Shown: positions 48,585-57,180 of the stretch, piece by piece
Numbering within the stretch: the first letter of the stretch is position 1
Layout of the letters: every line of letters begins with the position of its first letter
NCBI GenBank assembly: GCA_963662665.2
Contig: CAXXJS010000028.1
Location: forward strand, 128,001 to 192,000
Origin: Candidatus Latescibacterota bacterium
GTDB lineage: Bacteria; Latescibacterota; UBA2968; GCA-2709665
Direction of reading: 5' to 3'
DNA: 64,000 nt
Notes under the pieces: model-generated
What the model saw: only the letters and a program-made list of their open reading frames with translations
Told to the model about the DNA's origin: nothing
Database searches by the model: none
Translations under genes and position numbers: made by a program

Positions 48585-49699
48585 TTCAGACGCCATCCGA
48601 GGGCGAGCGCATCGTAAACGAGTTCCAGCAGGTCGCCTTCCTTCGCGTGAAGCCTGGCGTAACAGAACGGCCACTCCCCGGGTCTCGCTGCCAGCGAAGC
48701 CGCCAACGTGGCTGCCTGCTGCCGCAGCACCGGATCGGCCAACGAATGTGAAATCGCGCCGCATCGCATGCGGTCCCAAACCGCCGCGAACGCGTAGGCC
48801 GCCGCCGAAACGCGCGGCTCATATACGACGGACTCAAAGTTTTTTTCCAGCAATATGCGTTCTTCTTCCTTCAAACGTATGTCCATCGCCCGCAGAAAAC
48901 GGTCGCGACGGAACCCGTACCGTTTCAGCGCGTGGAAAAGGCTTCTCGTATGGGATGGCTCGAGCCCGTTCTGCCATCGCAGGGCTTCCAGTGTGGCTTT
49001 GCGTACCGACCTCCCGATCAACTCCCCCAGTTTCGCGTGATGGCCGGCGTTGGTCTTCGGTGCTCTCGTATCGTCCAGAGGCGCCGCGATACAATACTGG
49101 TCGGTCCCGGTGCCCGTCGCGAGATCCTGAGAATAGCGGCTCGAGACGGCGAGGTCACGCAGTGCGGCGGACTTGCCCTCGGTCATCGTGACTGCCGCAC
49201 GCGCTATCGCGCCCGGCGTGAGCGGCCAATTGATGAATACCATGGTATTGATCGTACCCGCGTGCGAATGCGCTTCGATCCAATTTGCATCCTCTTCATG
49301 CCAGGCTGCCGGATCGCCCGCACATCCGGCATTGCCCTCCACGCCCGCCGTCACAACCGCACACACGCGCAATTCGGCATGGGTTTCTACGGTGTGGGCC
49401 GCACAGTTCATATTCGCGGCCGTACCCATCACGGCGACGTCATCCGGGGGCAGGCCGCGTTCCTCGCAGACGTGGCGATGATAGCCCGCCTGGCCGAGTT
49501 GCCTGATCAACGCAAACCGGGCATCGTGCCCCGAACCCTCGCAACTCTGGTGATTCAAGAGATATTGGATGCCCGTGCACAAGCCGCCGCGATGCGCTGA
49601 TGTACTCAGCACCTGGTGGGGCGTCAACAATTCCGCGATCAGAAAACGCCCATCGCGACGCAGATCGTAGTGTTCATTGCGATCGATATATTCATTCAT
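48575..49699 (-). CDS. cbiZ: Adenosylcobinamide amidohydrolase
   Basis: MGTAANM, VTAGVEGNA, AGTINT, TEGKSAAL, ATGTGTD. Confidence 0.92.
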   Translation of the reverse strand: MNEYIDRNEHYDLRRDGRFLIAELLTPHQVLSTSAHRGGLCTGIQYLLNHQSCEGSGHDARFALIRQLGQAGYHRHVCEERGLPPDDVAVMGTAANMNCAAHTVETHAELRVCAVVTAGVEGNAGCAGDPAAWHEEDANWIEAHSHAGTINTMVFINWPLTPGAIARAAVTMTEGKSAALRDLAVSSRYSQDLATGTGTDQYCIAAPLDDTRAPKTNAGHHAKLGELIGRSVRKATLEALRWQNGLEPSHTRSLFHALKRYGFRRDRFLRAMDIRLKEEERILLEKNFESVVYEPRVSAAAYAFAAVWDRMRCGAISHSLADPVLRQQAATLAASLAARPGEWPFCYARLHAKEGDLLELVYDALALGWRLKWT

Positions 49700-49935
49700 A
49701 AGCAGAAAAAGCAGCGGTCAGCAGTCAGTTAAAAGCAAGAACCAAAGGCAGCCAGGAGCAAAAACGAAAGGCAAAGTCTAATTCCACCTCTCCACCGCCC
49801 CGCAGACCTCTCCCCCCGGCCCCCTCAGAACCTATCCCGCCTGCCTGGCGGCAGGCACCCTTTCCTGAAGGAAAGGGAAAAGCGGGTCACGAAATAGGAT
49901 CCCGGTTCCCCCTTCCTTCAGGAAGGGGGTTAGAG

Positions 49936-50180
49936 TCTTACAGTAAGCCTTCAACGCAAGATACGTAGATGTTTGATCATGCTGTTTGCATACGGTAAGG
50001 CGTTGAAGTCCCCCCACCGCATCAGCCGTCGCCGGCCCTTCGACAACCCTTCGACAAGCTCAGGACAGCGGCTCAGGGATCGGCTCGGCTTCTGCGACTC
50101 CCCCTCAAGGGGGGAGTGATTGAACCTTCAAACGGGCTCGCCCGATCATTGCCATCTGTTTGGTTGCGGCTGAGCACAGC
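49936..50180 (+). repeat. About 245-bp MITE-like dispersed repeat, copy 1
   Basis: Highly similar to the reverse complement of 62764-63009. Confidence 0.85.
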
Positions 50181-50189
50181 TAAGCCGCG

Positions 50190-51829
50190 CTAGGAGTCTG
50201 CGCCGCAGGAGTTTTTACAAAGGGCGAGGTGTGTCCGTGAGTCGGGTTGGTCGTTATGTTGGGAGTGGTATGATGAGTTTTGGGTACGGTGATCGTTGCA
50301 GGCAGGCGTGTTGAGGGCGAGATTCCAGGGATCGTGGTTTCCCGTATGTCGAGTCCATAAGGACAGGACACCCGAACCCATGCTTCAACACATCGACAAC
50401 GCTGCCATCCGCTTGACGTTCAACGCGAGGCAGACCAGATCCCACTCGGCACGCACCTTTTCCAGCCCCCGGAAGCTGAAGCGCCGGAAGCCCAATACCT
50501 CCTTGATCCATCCGTTGGGCGCCTCCGAGAGCCACTTGCGCTTCGCATACAGGCCCCGACCTTCCGGGCTGGTGAGCTTCTCGCCCATGCGATGGGTCGC
50601 CGGAAGCGTCTCCGAATCGACGTCCACCTTTTCCTTGCCCTCCCGCCCCAGCGCCACGTAACCATCAATGCCACGCTCCTCAAGCGTGGCCAGGTCCTCC
50701 TCGTTGCAGTAGCCCGCATCCGCCAGAACCGCGTCCGGCTTGACCCCGAATGTCTCTTGCACACCATCCAGCAAGGGGAGCATAAAGCCCTGATCGGTGG
50801 CCTGTGACCCCAGATGCACAGCCACGATGATCTGACGCTCGGCGTCCACCACCGTCTGCGCGTTGTAGCACTGCTGGAACCCCTCCGCGCTCGTCTTCAT
50901 GATCCGAGACTCGGGGTCCGTGAAGTTGCTCTGAGCCTTCGGGTCGGGCTCGCCATAGGCTCTTTTGTAAGGCCGCCCGCCCTTCGGGTTGCGCTTCTGA
51001 CCCGGTTTGCGCCCGCGCGCATCGTCGACGGCTCGTTGCGATGCTTCCAGACGCTCCCTCGCCGCCCTGATCGCCGCCAGACGAGCCTGCCTGCGCTGCA
51101 ACTCGACCGGCAACTCGTCGCCACGAACATCCACGCCGTAACGTGCATCCTCCTCGGCATCAATCGACACAGCACCCGAAAGCAACGCCCCGATCTCTTT
51201 CTCCAGACGAGCCTGTTCCTTCAACATCCGCTCGTAACTCATGGCCTTGCGCTTGCTGGCCTTCGCTCGTACCTTCGTGCCGTCTAAAGATAACGTCCCG
51301 AAACGTACCAGGCCCATCTCCCGTGCCACACCAACCACCTCCACGAACAAACGCCCGAAATCTTCCAGGTGACGACGCCGAAACTCGCAGATCGTCCGGT
51401 GTTGTGGGAAATTGCCCGCCGCCAACATACGAAACGCCACGTCCTCCTCCAGCTTCCCAGCGATCGCTCGAGACGAATACACTCCCGTCGCGTACCCATA
51501 GATCAATACCTTCAACATCATCGATGGATCATATGGCGCGTTGCGACGACCATCGCCTTCATAGGGCGCGTAGAACGACCCCAGATCCAGGGAATCCACC
51601 AGATCGCTCACCTGGTGCGACAGATGACCTTCAGGCACCCACTCCCGAAGATCCGGCGCCAACAGCAATATCTGGTCCGGGTGATACGGTCGAAACGTTG
51701 TCGGCATGGATCGCTCCCTCCCCTGACATAACACACAACGATACCCTTGACATATACCAACTACACGACCCATTATACCTACAACTACATGTCCATTGAA
51801 ATGAATTTTCCTGCGGCGCAGACTCCTAG
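50190..51829 (-). mobile_element. IS1182-family insertion sequence
   Basis: Perfect inverted ends CTAGGAGTCTGCGCCGCAGGA / TCCTGCGGCGCAGACTCCTAG; CTAG is the likely target duplication. Confidence 0.93.
50385..51707 (-). CDS. IS1182-family transposase
   Basis: YDPSMMLKVLIYGY, SSRAI, DGTKVRA, TDPESRIM, YNAQ, ADAGY, GFRRFSFRG. Confidence 0.95.
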   Translation of the reverse strand: MPTTFRPYHPDQILLLAPDLREWVPEGHLSHQVSDLVDSLDLGSFYAPYEGDGRRNAPYDPSMMLKVLIYGYATGVYSSRAIAGKLEEDVAFRMLAAGNFPQHRTICEFRRRHLEDFGRLFVEVVGVAREMGLVRFGTLSLDGTKVRAKASKRKAMSYERMLKEQARLEKEIGALLSGAVSIDAEEDARYGVDVRGDELPVELQRRQARLAAIRAARERLEASQRAVDDARGRKPGQKRNPKGGRPYKRAYGEPDPKAQSNFTDPESRIMKTSAEGFQQCYNAQTVVDAERQIIVAVHLGSQATDQGFMLPLLDGVQETFGVKPDAVLADAGYCNEEDLATLEERGIDGYVALGREGKEKVDVDSETLPATHRMGEKLTSPEGRGLYAKRKWLSEAPNGWIKEVLGFRRFSFRGLEKVRAEWDLVCLALNVKRMAALSMC

Positions 51830-51919
51830 GGGGTAGGTCACGCGCTCCTTACCGGAATCCACTTCTCGTACCACAACGTGAGTCCATTGCGCGGCGTCGC
51901 ATACGGAATAGTTACCAAC

Positions 51920-52022
51920 ACTTCTTCCTTCCTCCTTTCTCCTTCTCCCTTCTTCTTCCTTCCTCCTTCTTCCTTCCTCCTTCTTCCTTCCTCCTTCTTC
52001 CTTCTCACTTCCTCCTTCTCCC
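51920..52022. repeat. Pyrimidine-only degenerate heptamer tract
   Basis: About 100 bp of CTTCTTC/CTTCCTC units immediately after the stop of 52029-53273. Confidence 0.85.
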
Positions 52023-52028
52023 CATTGT

Positions 52029-53273
52029 TCATCCACCGCCAAATTCCGAGGCGAAGATAAGGAAGTCCTGAAAATCGACCTCTCCATTGCCGTTCAAGTC
52101 GAACCTGCCATCGAAGTCATCGTCGCCGGCTGTCCCGCCAAACGCGGAGGCGAACGCCACGAAGTCGCTGAAATCCACAACGCAGTCCCCATCGAAATCC
52201 GCCACGCTGCCCAGGAACGCGATGCTGGACGGCGGCAGACCCGTGCCGATCGGACCGGCCACAAGCGCATCCGTACTCACGTCGTAGACCTTCACGCCGG
52301 CGGATGCCGGATCGCCGAAACTCCCCTGGTCCAGAACATATAACCTCCGGCCGAACACGCCCAGGCCTGGTACGAATCCGCCGGAAAGACCGTCCAGACT
52401 CCGGGAAACCGACTGCGTTGCCAGATCGAGCCGTTTAACGGCATTGACGAAATTCGCGTCCGTAACCACGGCATACCCAACACTTTCGGATATCATCACC
52501 AGAGAACTCAGGTTACCGCCCGCGGTCGCCTCATCCAGCACAACGCCTTCGCTCCGCATGGTCTCGAGATCGATCACCTCGATGCCGCCGTCGGTCAGAT
52601 CGGTGTACGAATTTACCGCACTCACGAACCACTTGCTGCCTCGCCGGGCGGCACCCGCGGGATTCTTGCTCGCCATCGCGATCCCCTGTACGCCCTCTAC
52701 AACCGGATCCGCGTCCACCAACATATCGGAGGCGACGTCAATGACGGCAATGACAGAAAACTCGGTTGGAACCCATCCGTTCTCCCTGTCCAGCCGATGA
52801 CATGCCGCGAACAAGTGTCCTTCGTGTACCGCGAGTTGAGACGTTTCAGGCAGGCCGTCGGCATCCGCGAACGTCGAAAGGTCGACCGTTCCCAGCGAAT
52901 CGCCCGTAACGGGATTGACAACGAGCAATTGCGTTCGCTCATATAGCGAGACATAGGCTTTCTCTTCATTGACAAAGGCGATGTCGTGGGGATTTGAGCC
53001 GTTGCCCGTGGAATATTGTATCAACGGCGTCGTCAGGTCAGAGATATTCAAGACGATCACATTGTCCTGTCCCAGACGATTGATAACGTACGCCTTGTCG
53101 CGATACGTGCGGACGACGGCGTCCGAATGAATGGTCAGATGATCGGTCGCCGCCGCATTATTGCCCAGATCCAGACTCGATAATCCGCCGCTGCTGTAGT
53201 CCGTTGTGGTAACGACCGCCTGATTGGCCAGTGCATCCGTCGCAAGAAACAGAACGAGCAACAACCATCTCAT
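52029..53273 (-). CDS. Secreted beta-propeller (YncE/BtuG-like) with C-terminal dockerin-like EF-hand domain
   Basis: Signal peptide MRWLLLVLFLA; NRLGQDN, GSNPHDIAFV..KAYVS; tail DFDGDCVVDFSDF..DLNGNGEVDFQDF; follows the TonB receptor. Confidence 0.75.
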   Translation of the reverse strand: MRWLLLVLFLATDALANQAVVTTTDYSSGGLSSLDLGNNAAATDHLTIHSDAVVRTYRDKAYVINRLGQDNVIVLNISDLTTPLIQYSTGNGSNPHDIAFVNEEKAYVSLYERTQLLVVNPVTGDSLGTVDLSTFADADGLPETSQLAVHEGHLFAACHRLDRENGWVPTEFSVIAVIDVASDMLVDADPVVEGVQGIAMASKNPAGAARRGSKWFVSAVNSYTDLTDGGIEVIDLETMRSEGVVLDEATAGGNLSSLVMISESVGYAVVTDANFVNAVKRLDLATQSVSRSLDGLSGGFVPGLGVFGRRLYVLDQGSFGDPASAGVKVYDVSTDALVAGPIGTGLPPSSIAFLGSVADFDGDCVVDFSDFVAFASAFGGTAGDDDFDGRFDLNGNGEVDFQDFLIFASEFGGG

Positions 53274-53389
53274 TAAATCCTCCCCTCGGGTAAAGTGTTC
53301 GTGACATCGACCGGATATTTCAAACTGCGCCGGACAGGTAGACGGAGACGGGTGCGCTCCGGGGCCATCGCAATCCGTCCCACCATTGC

Positions 53390-55585
53390 CTATTCCGTTT
53401 TGACGCTCACGAAAAATGCGCGGCCCGGCAATGGATAACCCCAGGTATCGGCGATCTGCGCGCCGGATATGTTCTTGGCATCCAGTCCGATTTGCAACCG
53501 CAGTCCGGTATCCACCTTCACGCCGGCATTGTGAATCTGACGCATCGATAGACGGCGTCGATTGGCCTGGTCCAGAAAGCTGCCGTCTTCGAGGCTGTAA
53601 TCGTAAGCCAGGGTCCAACGTCCCAGCCGCGCCGTCGCGCGGACAAACAGCGCGTGGGGCGGACGGTTGGGCAGAACGTTACCGGCCAGATACGGAATTG
53701 CCGATCGGTCTCTTGCATCCTGAAACGTGTAATTCCCGGAAAGGCAGAGGCGTGGTCCGAAGCGCCTCTGAGCGGTTATTTCCAGCCCGTACACGCGAGC
53801 TTTGCCGATGTTGACGGGCCGCGACGTGGCCTGAGACGTGTGTACAAACTGGATCAGGTCTTCATAGCGATGATCGAAGAACGCCAGTTCCAGCGTATTC
53901 GTCCCATCCGAATAGCGTACGCCTCCGTCCCACGCGAATCCGTATTCGGGACGGAGATTGACGTTGCCCACCACGCCGCCGCGGTCGCCGAAGAGCTCGA
54001 AGAAAGACGGAATCCGGAAGACGCGACCGGCATTGGCCTTGAACGCAAGGTGGGATGCCAGGTCAAGCCGTACGCCGGTACGCACGCTCGTGAGATTGCG
54101 GGTATTCGGGGAATCCGGCGCAAGGGGAGAGAAATCGAACGGGTTCGCGCCCGTAAACGAACTGTGAATAAGCCGTTGTTCGACGCCCGCGGACCAGACG
54201 CCAACGTTCCCGGGCAGGGAAACATCAACACCCGCGCGCGCGGTTAAAGCCCATCGCCTGCTGTCGAAGTAATTCGCGACGCTCCGGATCCGCTTTGTGG
54301 GCACATAGGCCTCCCGACGCAGGCCGATCGCGGCCGTTGTATTGCAGCGCGAAAGCAGAACCGTTTGCAAACGGCCCCGCCATCCATAGGTGCGCGTGCG
54401 GTAGTCGTTATCCTGACGGCCGATTCCGACTTCGCCGTCGAGGTCGCGGAACCGCTCCCCGGTGTGCGTGACGTAAAACGACTGATGCGTGCTCATGCCG
54501 TTCAACAGCGCCCGATTCTCGTACGTGAGTTCGGTCATCGTCCGGAAGGCGTCCAGCTGCGCGTTCCGTGACTGATTGTTGCTGATACCGGGCATGCCCT
54601 GGACCTTCCAGTACATGGTCTCGTGAACGGACAAGCCGCTGTTTTCCCCCAACGCGCGCCGCCATTTGCCCAGCAGGTTAATGGACCGGTGGTCGTTGTT
54701 CCGGCGCCTGCTCCATACGTCGTCACCGGCATTGTATTCGGTCCCGTTGTCGTCCATAAACCCGAAATCGTTATCGCTTTGCGCGTAGTCGGCCACAACG
54801 AGAAACTCCGACTCCCCCCGCGTACCCGCGATTACGCCGCTCAGCGACCGCGTATCAAAAGCCCCCCACGATCCACGAACGCCATGTCGCCATCGTCTCT
54901 GCAGCCGGCGGGTGCGCACGTGCACGGTTCCGCCCATGCCGTTGCCACCGGCGCCCGCACCGCGATACACTTCGATCTGTCCGACGTGCGCGAGCGGCAG
55001 GTTGCCAAGGTCCACGCCTCCGCCAAAGGCGGCATTGAGCAGGATGCCGTCGAGATACACTTCAACCTGGTTGGCGGATGAACCCCGCAGAGAAATCGTG
55101 CTGAATGCGCCCAACCCGCCCAGGCGCTTGACGTGTACGCCCGTGGCTTCGGCCAGGACGTCGGGCAGGGTCGTCTCTCTGTCCGCGAAGCTCTCTCGCA
55201 CAATGACAGTGGCGTAAGCGGGATTCCGCTGAATATCGCCGGCGCCGAAGGGTTCGGCGATTACCGGGTAGTCATCGAGAGGATAGGTTCTGGGCGTCAG
55301 TCCGATGACAACGCCTGTTGTTCCTGTCACGCTGATTTTTCGCTGTACGGGATGGTAGGCGATATGCGATATTGCGAGCGTATACGTGCCGGCATCCAGA
55401 TTGGAAAAATAGAATTCGCCGCGGTGGTCCGTCTTTGTCGCAATATCGGCGCTGATAACGCGAACCCCCGCGTTGGCAATGGGCACTCGCGTTTCCGTAT
55501 CGGTGATACGTCCGGCAATCTCCGCCGCCTCAAGCGGCGCGGTTGCGAGGAGGCTCGACAGGATGAGAAAACGTAGGGTTCGCAT
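53390..55585 (-). CDS. btuB: TonB-dependent receptor, probable cobalamin transporter
   Basis: N-terminal carboxypeptidase-regulatory-like domain, plug ISLRGS..QVEVYLDG..IEVYRG, barrel ending PLPGRAFFVSVK; downstream of the B12 riboswitch. Confidence 0.85.
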   Translation of the reverse strand: MRTLRFLILSSLLATAPLEAAEIAGRITDTETRVPIANAGVRVISADIATKTDHRGEFYFSNLDAGTYTLAISHIAYHPVQRKISVTGTTGVVIGLTPRTYPLDDYPVIAEPFGAGDIQRNPAYATVIVRESFADRETTLPDVLAEATGVHVKRLGGLGAFSTISLRGSSANQVEVYLDGILLNAAFGGGVDLGNLPLAHVGQIEVYRGAGAGGNGMGGTVHVRTRRLQRRWRHGVRGSWGAFDTRSLSGVIAGTRGESEFLVVADYAQSDNDFGFMDDNGTEYNAGDDVWSRRRNNDHRSINLLGKWRRALGENSGLSVHETMYWKVQGMPGISNNQSRNAQLDAFRTMTELTYENRALLNGMSTHQSFYVTHTGERFRDLDGEVGIGRQDNDYRTRTYGWRGRLQTVLLSRCNTTAAIGLRREAYVPTKRIRSVANYFDSRRWALTARAGVDVSLPGNVGVWSAGVEQRLIHSSFTGANPFDFSPLAPDSPNTRNLTSVRTGVRLDLASHLAFKANAGRVFRIPSFFELFGDRGGVVGNVNLRPEYGFAWDGGVRYSDGTNTLELAFFDHRYEDLIQFVHTSQATSRPVNIGKARVYGLEITAQRRFGPRLCLSGNYTFQDARDRSAIPYLAGNVLPNRPPHALFVRATARLGRWTLAYDYSLEDGSFLDQANRRRLSMRQIHNAGVKVDTGLRLQIGLDAKNISGAQIADTWGYPLPGRAFFVSVKTE

Positions 55586-55588
55586 AAG

Positions 55589-56716
55589 CTATGGATCGAG
55601 CTTTCTATAGTACTTGAGTTGGTGATCGGGCTGCAGGTCGGGGTACAGAATTTTTATGATATCGGCCAGCAGCACGTCCGGCTCGATCAGGCCGGTTTCC
55701 CAATAGTCGTTGCCGCCGTTTTCATTGAGGCGCGCATTGGCGTTGAAGACCCTGCCCGTTTCAACCGCCTTGAATTGCCCGTACCGTTCATCTTCCGCGA
55801 CAACGTTGCCAATGGATTGCCATTCGTTTCTCATGGTGATCCAGATGTCGGCATCGTGCGCCTTTTCGTAGACCGATTCGAAATCCAACGTCAGACTCCG
55901 CCGCGATTCATTGCCCCCCCACAGGTAATTCGCGCCCGCGTCCTCGAGCAGTTGCGCGGGATATGATTTTCCGCCGGACATGAACCAGGTTCCGCGCCAC
56001 TGGGATCCGACGAAGACGGTGGGTTTCCTGTCAGGCCGTAAATTTGCGGTCAACGATTTGCGCGCGTCGTATCTGACTGCGATGCTGTCGAACAGCGCGG
56101 CGGCCAGGTTTTCCTTGTTGAAAAAGGCGCCCATGAATTTCAGCCATTCCACGCGTCCCAACAGCGTCGGTTCGGCATAGGCGGCATTCACCACGGCGGC
56201 CGCTCCGGCCTGCTGGAGAGAATGGTATGCATTGTCCTGTGACGGGGCGTCGATGACGACGATATCGGGCCGGAGCACGAGGACCCGCTCCAAATCGATG
56301 GACCTTCCCCTGCCGACTTCCGTTATTTTCCCCGCTGCGAGACGCTGTCTGACGGCTTCAGAGTTGACGAATTTGACGTTGTCGACCGCAACGAGGCTTC
56401 GAATCTCATCCAGCTTTTCGATATGCGGCAGGTGTGTCGTGGACGTGGTGATCAGGGCGCGTACGGGTATCCGGATCCTCGGTGCCCCTTCATATCCGTC
56501 TGGTGATTTTCTACCTCGCTGTACCAGGATGTACTTAAGCGTTTCCCCCGTTGCGGTCCCCGGCACGACGACGGTCAAGACCTTGTACCCGTCGAAGTAC
56601 TCAACGCCAAATCCCTCGGCATATTGCAGTGACATCTGCGCGCCGACAGGTATCGCCGCCACGCAGACTCCGATGCAACAGATCAACCGAATCCAGAACC
56701 GGACATTCAGCACCAC
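55589..56716 (-). CDS. btuF: Cobalamin/iron ABC periplasmic binding protein
   Basis: STTHLP, EPTLLGRVEWLKF, DAGANY, NDYWETG; GTG start after GGAGG. Confidence 0.85.
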   Translation of the reverse strand: MVLNVRFWIRLICCIGVCVAAIPVGAQMSLQYAEGFGVEYFDGYKVLTVVVPGTATGETLKYILVQRGRKSPDGYEGAPRIRIPVRALITTSTTHLPHIEKLDEIRSLVAVDNVKFVNSEAVRQRLAAGKITEVGRGRSIDLERVLVLRPDIVVIDAPSQDNAYHSLQQAGAAAVVNAAYAEPTLLGRVEWLKFMGAFFNKENLAAALFDSIAVRYDARKSLTANLRPDRKPTVFVGSQWRGTWFMSGGKSYPAQLLEDAGANYLWGGNESRRSLTLDFESVYEKAHDADIWITMRNEWQSIGNVVAEDERYGQFKAVETGRVFNANARLNENGGNDYWETGLIEPDVLLADIIKILYPDLQPDHQLKYYRKLDP

Positions 56717-56734
56717 ATCGACCTCCAGCCGTAA

Positions 56735-56905
56735 ACCTCTACCCCTCAACCTCACCGGGGTAGACGTGAGACGCAAGACGTGAGTACAAGCAGAGCCGAC
56801 GTCAAGCCGTGCCGGGTAACCCGCCACAACACACTTCACGCATCTTTCGGCTATCCGGTGGTGTTGGGCGGCCCCCTTACGTCTACCGTCTCACCTCTTA
56901 CCGCC
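56735..56905. repeat. Heptamer-arm element in the btuF leader
   Basis: GTAGACGTGAGACGCAAGACG ... TTACGTCTACCGTCTCACC inverted arms around a unique core. Confidence 0.65.
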
Positions 56906-56907
56906 TC

Positions 56908-56943
56908 AAAAAAAAATCCCTGAATTCCTTGCGGAAATCAGGG
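56908..56943 (-). terminator. Intrinsic terminator, likely riboswitch expression platform
   Basis: CCCTGATTTCC-GCAA-GGAATTCAGGG-A-T9 on the minus strand. Confidence 0.85.
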
Positions 56944-57014
56944 TCATAACCAACCATGCGGCCGAAGCACGTGTTTATGTCACCTATTCCCGAATCCACG
57001 AGGAAATCTGTTAG

Positions 57015-57175
57015 GTCTGAGATTCAGGCAGGTCTTCTGGCTCCTGGATCATCTGTTTCCCGCGCCTTCCCGGTTTTAACCAGTGGCATATTTGCGGAAA
57101 ACATCCCCAGTTACAGCGGCGGGACCGCAACGGATTTTCACCGTTTTCCCTGTTTCGTGACCTGAATCCGAAATT
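57015..57175 (-). ncRNA. Cobalamin riboswitch
   Basis: AACAGGGAA-AACGGTGAAAATCCG..CGGTCCCGCCGCTGTA, GCCACTG, GGGAAGG, B12 box GAGCCAGAAGACCTGCC; P1 GATTCAGG/CCTGAATC. Confidence 0.95.
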
Positions 57176-57180
57176 TCTAT

